Source: a virus
Lineage: Duplodnaviria; Caudoviricetes
Length of the DNA stretch: 25,553 nucleotides
IMG/VR virus record: IMGVR_UViG_3300012942_000125
Span: 1-25,553 of that record
Direction: 5' to 3' (one strand)
The notes beneath the pieces were generated by a model, which saw nothing but the letters and a program-made list of their open reading frames with translations, did no database searches and was not told the DNA's origin. Shown piece after piece: positions 24,865-25,553 of this stretch (position 1 is the first letter of the stretch; each line of letters starts with the position of its first letter). Made by a program: the position numbers and the translations under genes.

Positions 24865-25553
24865 ATGCAGCGTATAGCAACTGGAGACGGTCGTTTCGCC
24901 GCCGGGAATCCCGCCAACGGCACGCCTGGCACCATGGTGACCAGCCTTTATATGAACGACCTGCAGGACGAAGTCTGCAACCTCATTGAGGGCGCCGGCC
25001 TCACGCTCGATCCAGCCGACAAGACACAGCTTTTGAAGGCGGTCAACGCGCGCATAGCGCAAAGCTCGATGCTGGTGGTACCGACAACGCCAACTGAGCA
25101 GATCGACGACGTGGGGCTGATTTTCGTAAAAGACCGCTTGAATTTCCAGACATGGGTGGATACGGCCTACTACACAGGCTACCGTTCGCTGAATTGTGGC
25201 CGGTTCACCTGGGGCACGACGACATCGCCCAGGCCCGGGGAGATCGAGGCGGAAGGCGACATCATTGACGGCGACGACGAACCTTCGCTGATCGCATATT
25301 TCCAGGAAAACGGACTCACGAAGCCCATTGCAAATTGGACAGCGGGAACATGGATCCTGGGCGTCATGGGAGATGGAACCTACCGGTTGCCCGACATGCG
25401 CAATATGTTCGTTCGGGCCACGGGTACTGACGCTGACACTGCAAATGCTAGGGTCCTAGGAAGCAAGCAAACAGACGCCATACAAAACATTACCGGGCAA
25501 TTCGGTGATCAGGCGACCGCGCTATCCGAAGCGAGCGGCGCCTTTGCTCTTTC
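24865..25553 (+). CDS. Tail fibre protein (truncated by window end)
   Basis: AGGAG RBS. N-terminus MQRIAT...GNPANGTPGT.VT...MNDLQDEVCNLIEGAGLTLDP is Mu-S-like; collar motif YRLPDMRNMFVR..G...R.LGSKQ.DAIQNITG. Confidence 0.88.
   Translation, partial: MQRIATGDGRFAAGNPANGTPGTMVTSLYMNDLQDEVCNLIEGAGLTLDPADKTQLLKAVNARIAQSSMLVVPTTPTEQIDDVGLIFVKDRLNFQTWVDTAYYTGYRSLNCGRFTWGTTTSPRPGEIEAEGDIIDGDDEPSLIAYFQENGLTKPIANWTAGTWILGVMGDGTYRLPDMRNMFVRATGTDADTANARVLGSKQTDAIQNITGQFGDQATALSEASGAFAL

Larger units (their letters stand above)
1..25553. mobile_element. Mu-like (transposable) prophage, contractile tail, B3/BcepMu-type gene order; both ends outside window
   Basis: Continuous Mu-type synteny: gp25/26/27-like, terminase, DUF935 portal, MuF, gpG, protease I/Z, capsid, gp36-38, sheath, tube, TMP, gpN, gpP, gpQ, gp46-48, fibre. 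The repressor is central and the early genes are transcribed leftward. Confidence 0.96.

Overview
The whole window is the interior of a transposable (Mu-like) myovirus prophage, truncated at both ends. It has a B3/BcepMu-type layout: a leftward early operon (DUF3102-like, IclR-HTH, HTH regulator, Ner/Cro-like gene), a divergent XRE repressor with a perfect sigma70 promoter and two operator-like repeats, an AT-richer accessory secreted-protein gene, then rightward lysis, packaging, head and contractile-tail genes ending in a truncated tail fibre. No transposase, late activator or prophage end lies in the window. Family assignments come from recognised motifs and gene order, not database searches. 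Most notable observations: (1) an unannotated 55-codon ORF coupled to the repressor that repeats the repressor's C-terminal peptide DNHGVMIV with only synonymous changes; (2) a MuF head protein with a nuclease-like C-terminal extension followed by a compact structured RNA-like element instead of an immunity gene; (3) three copies of a 21-bp late-promoter motif with fixed spacing, two of which predict leaderless mRNAs; (4) a -1 frameshift in the tail chaperone; (5) a recurrent T-F-A motif in the scaffold and portal that may mark maturation cleavage sites.
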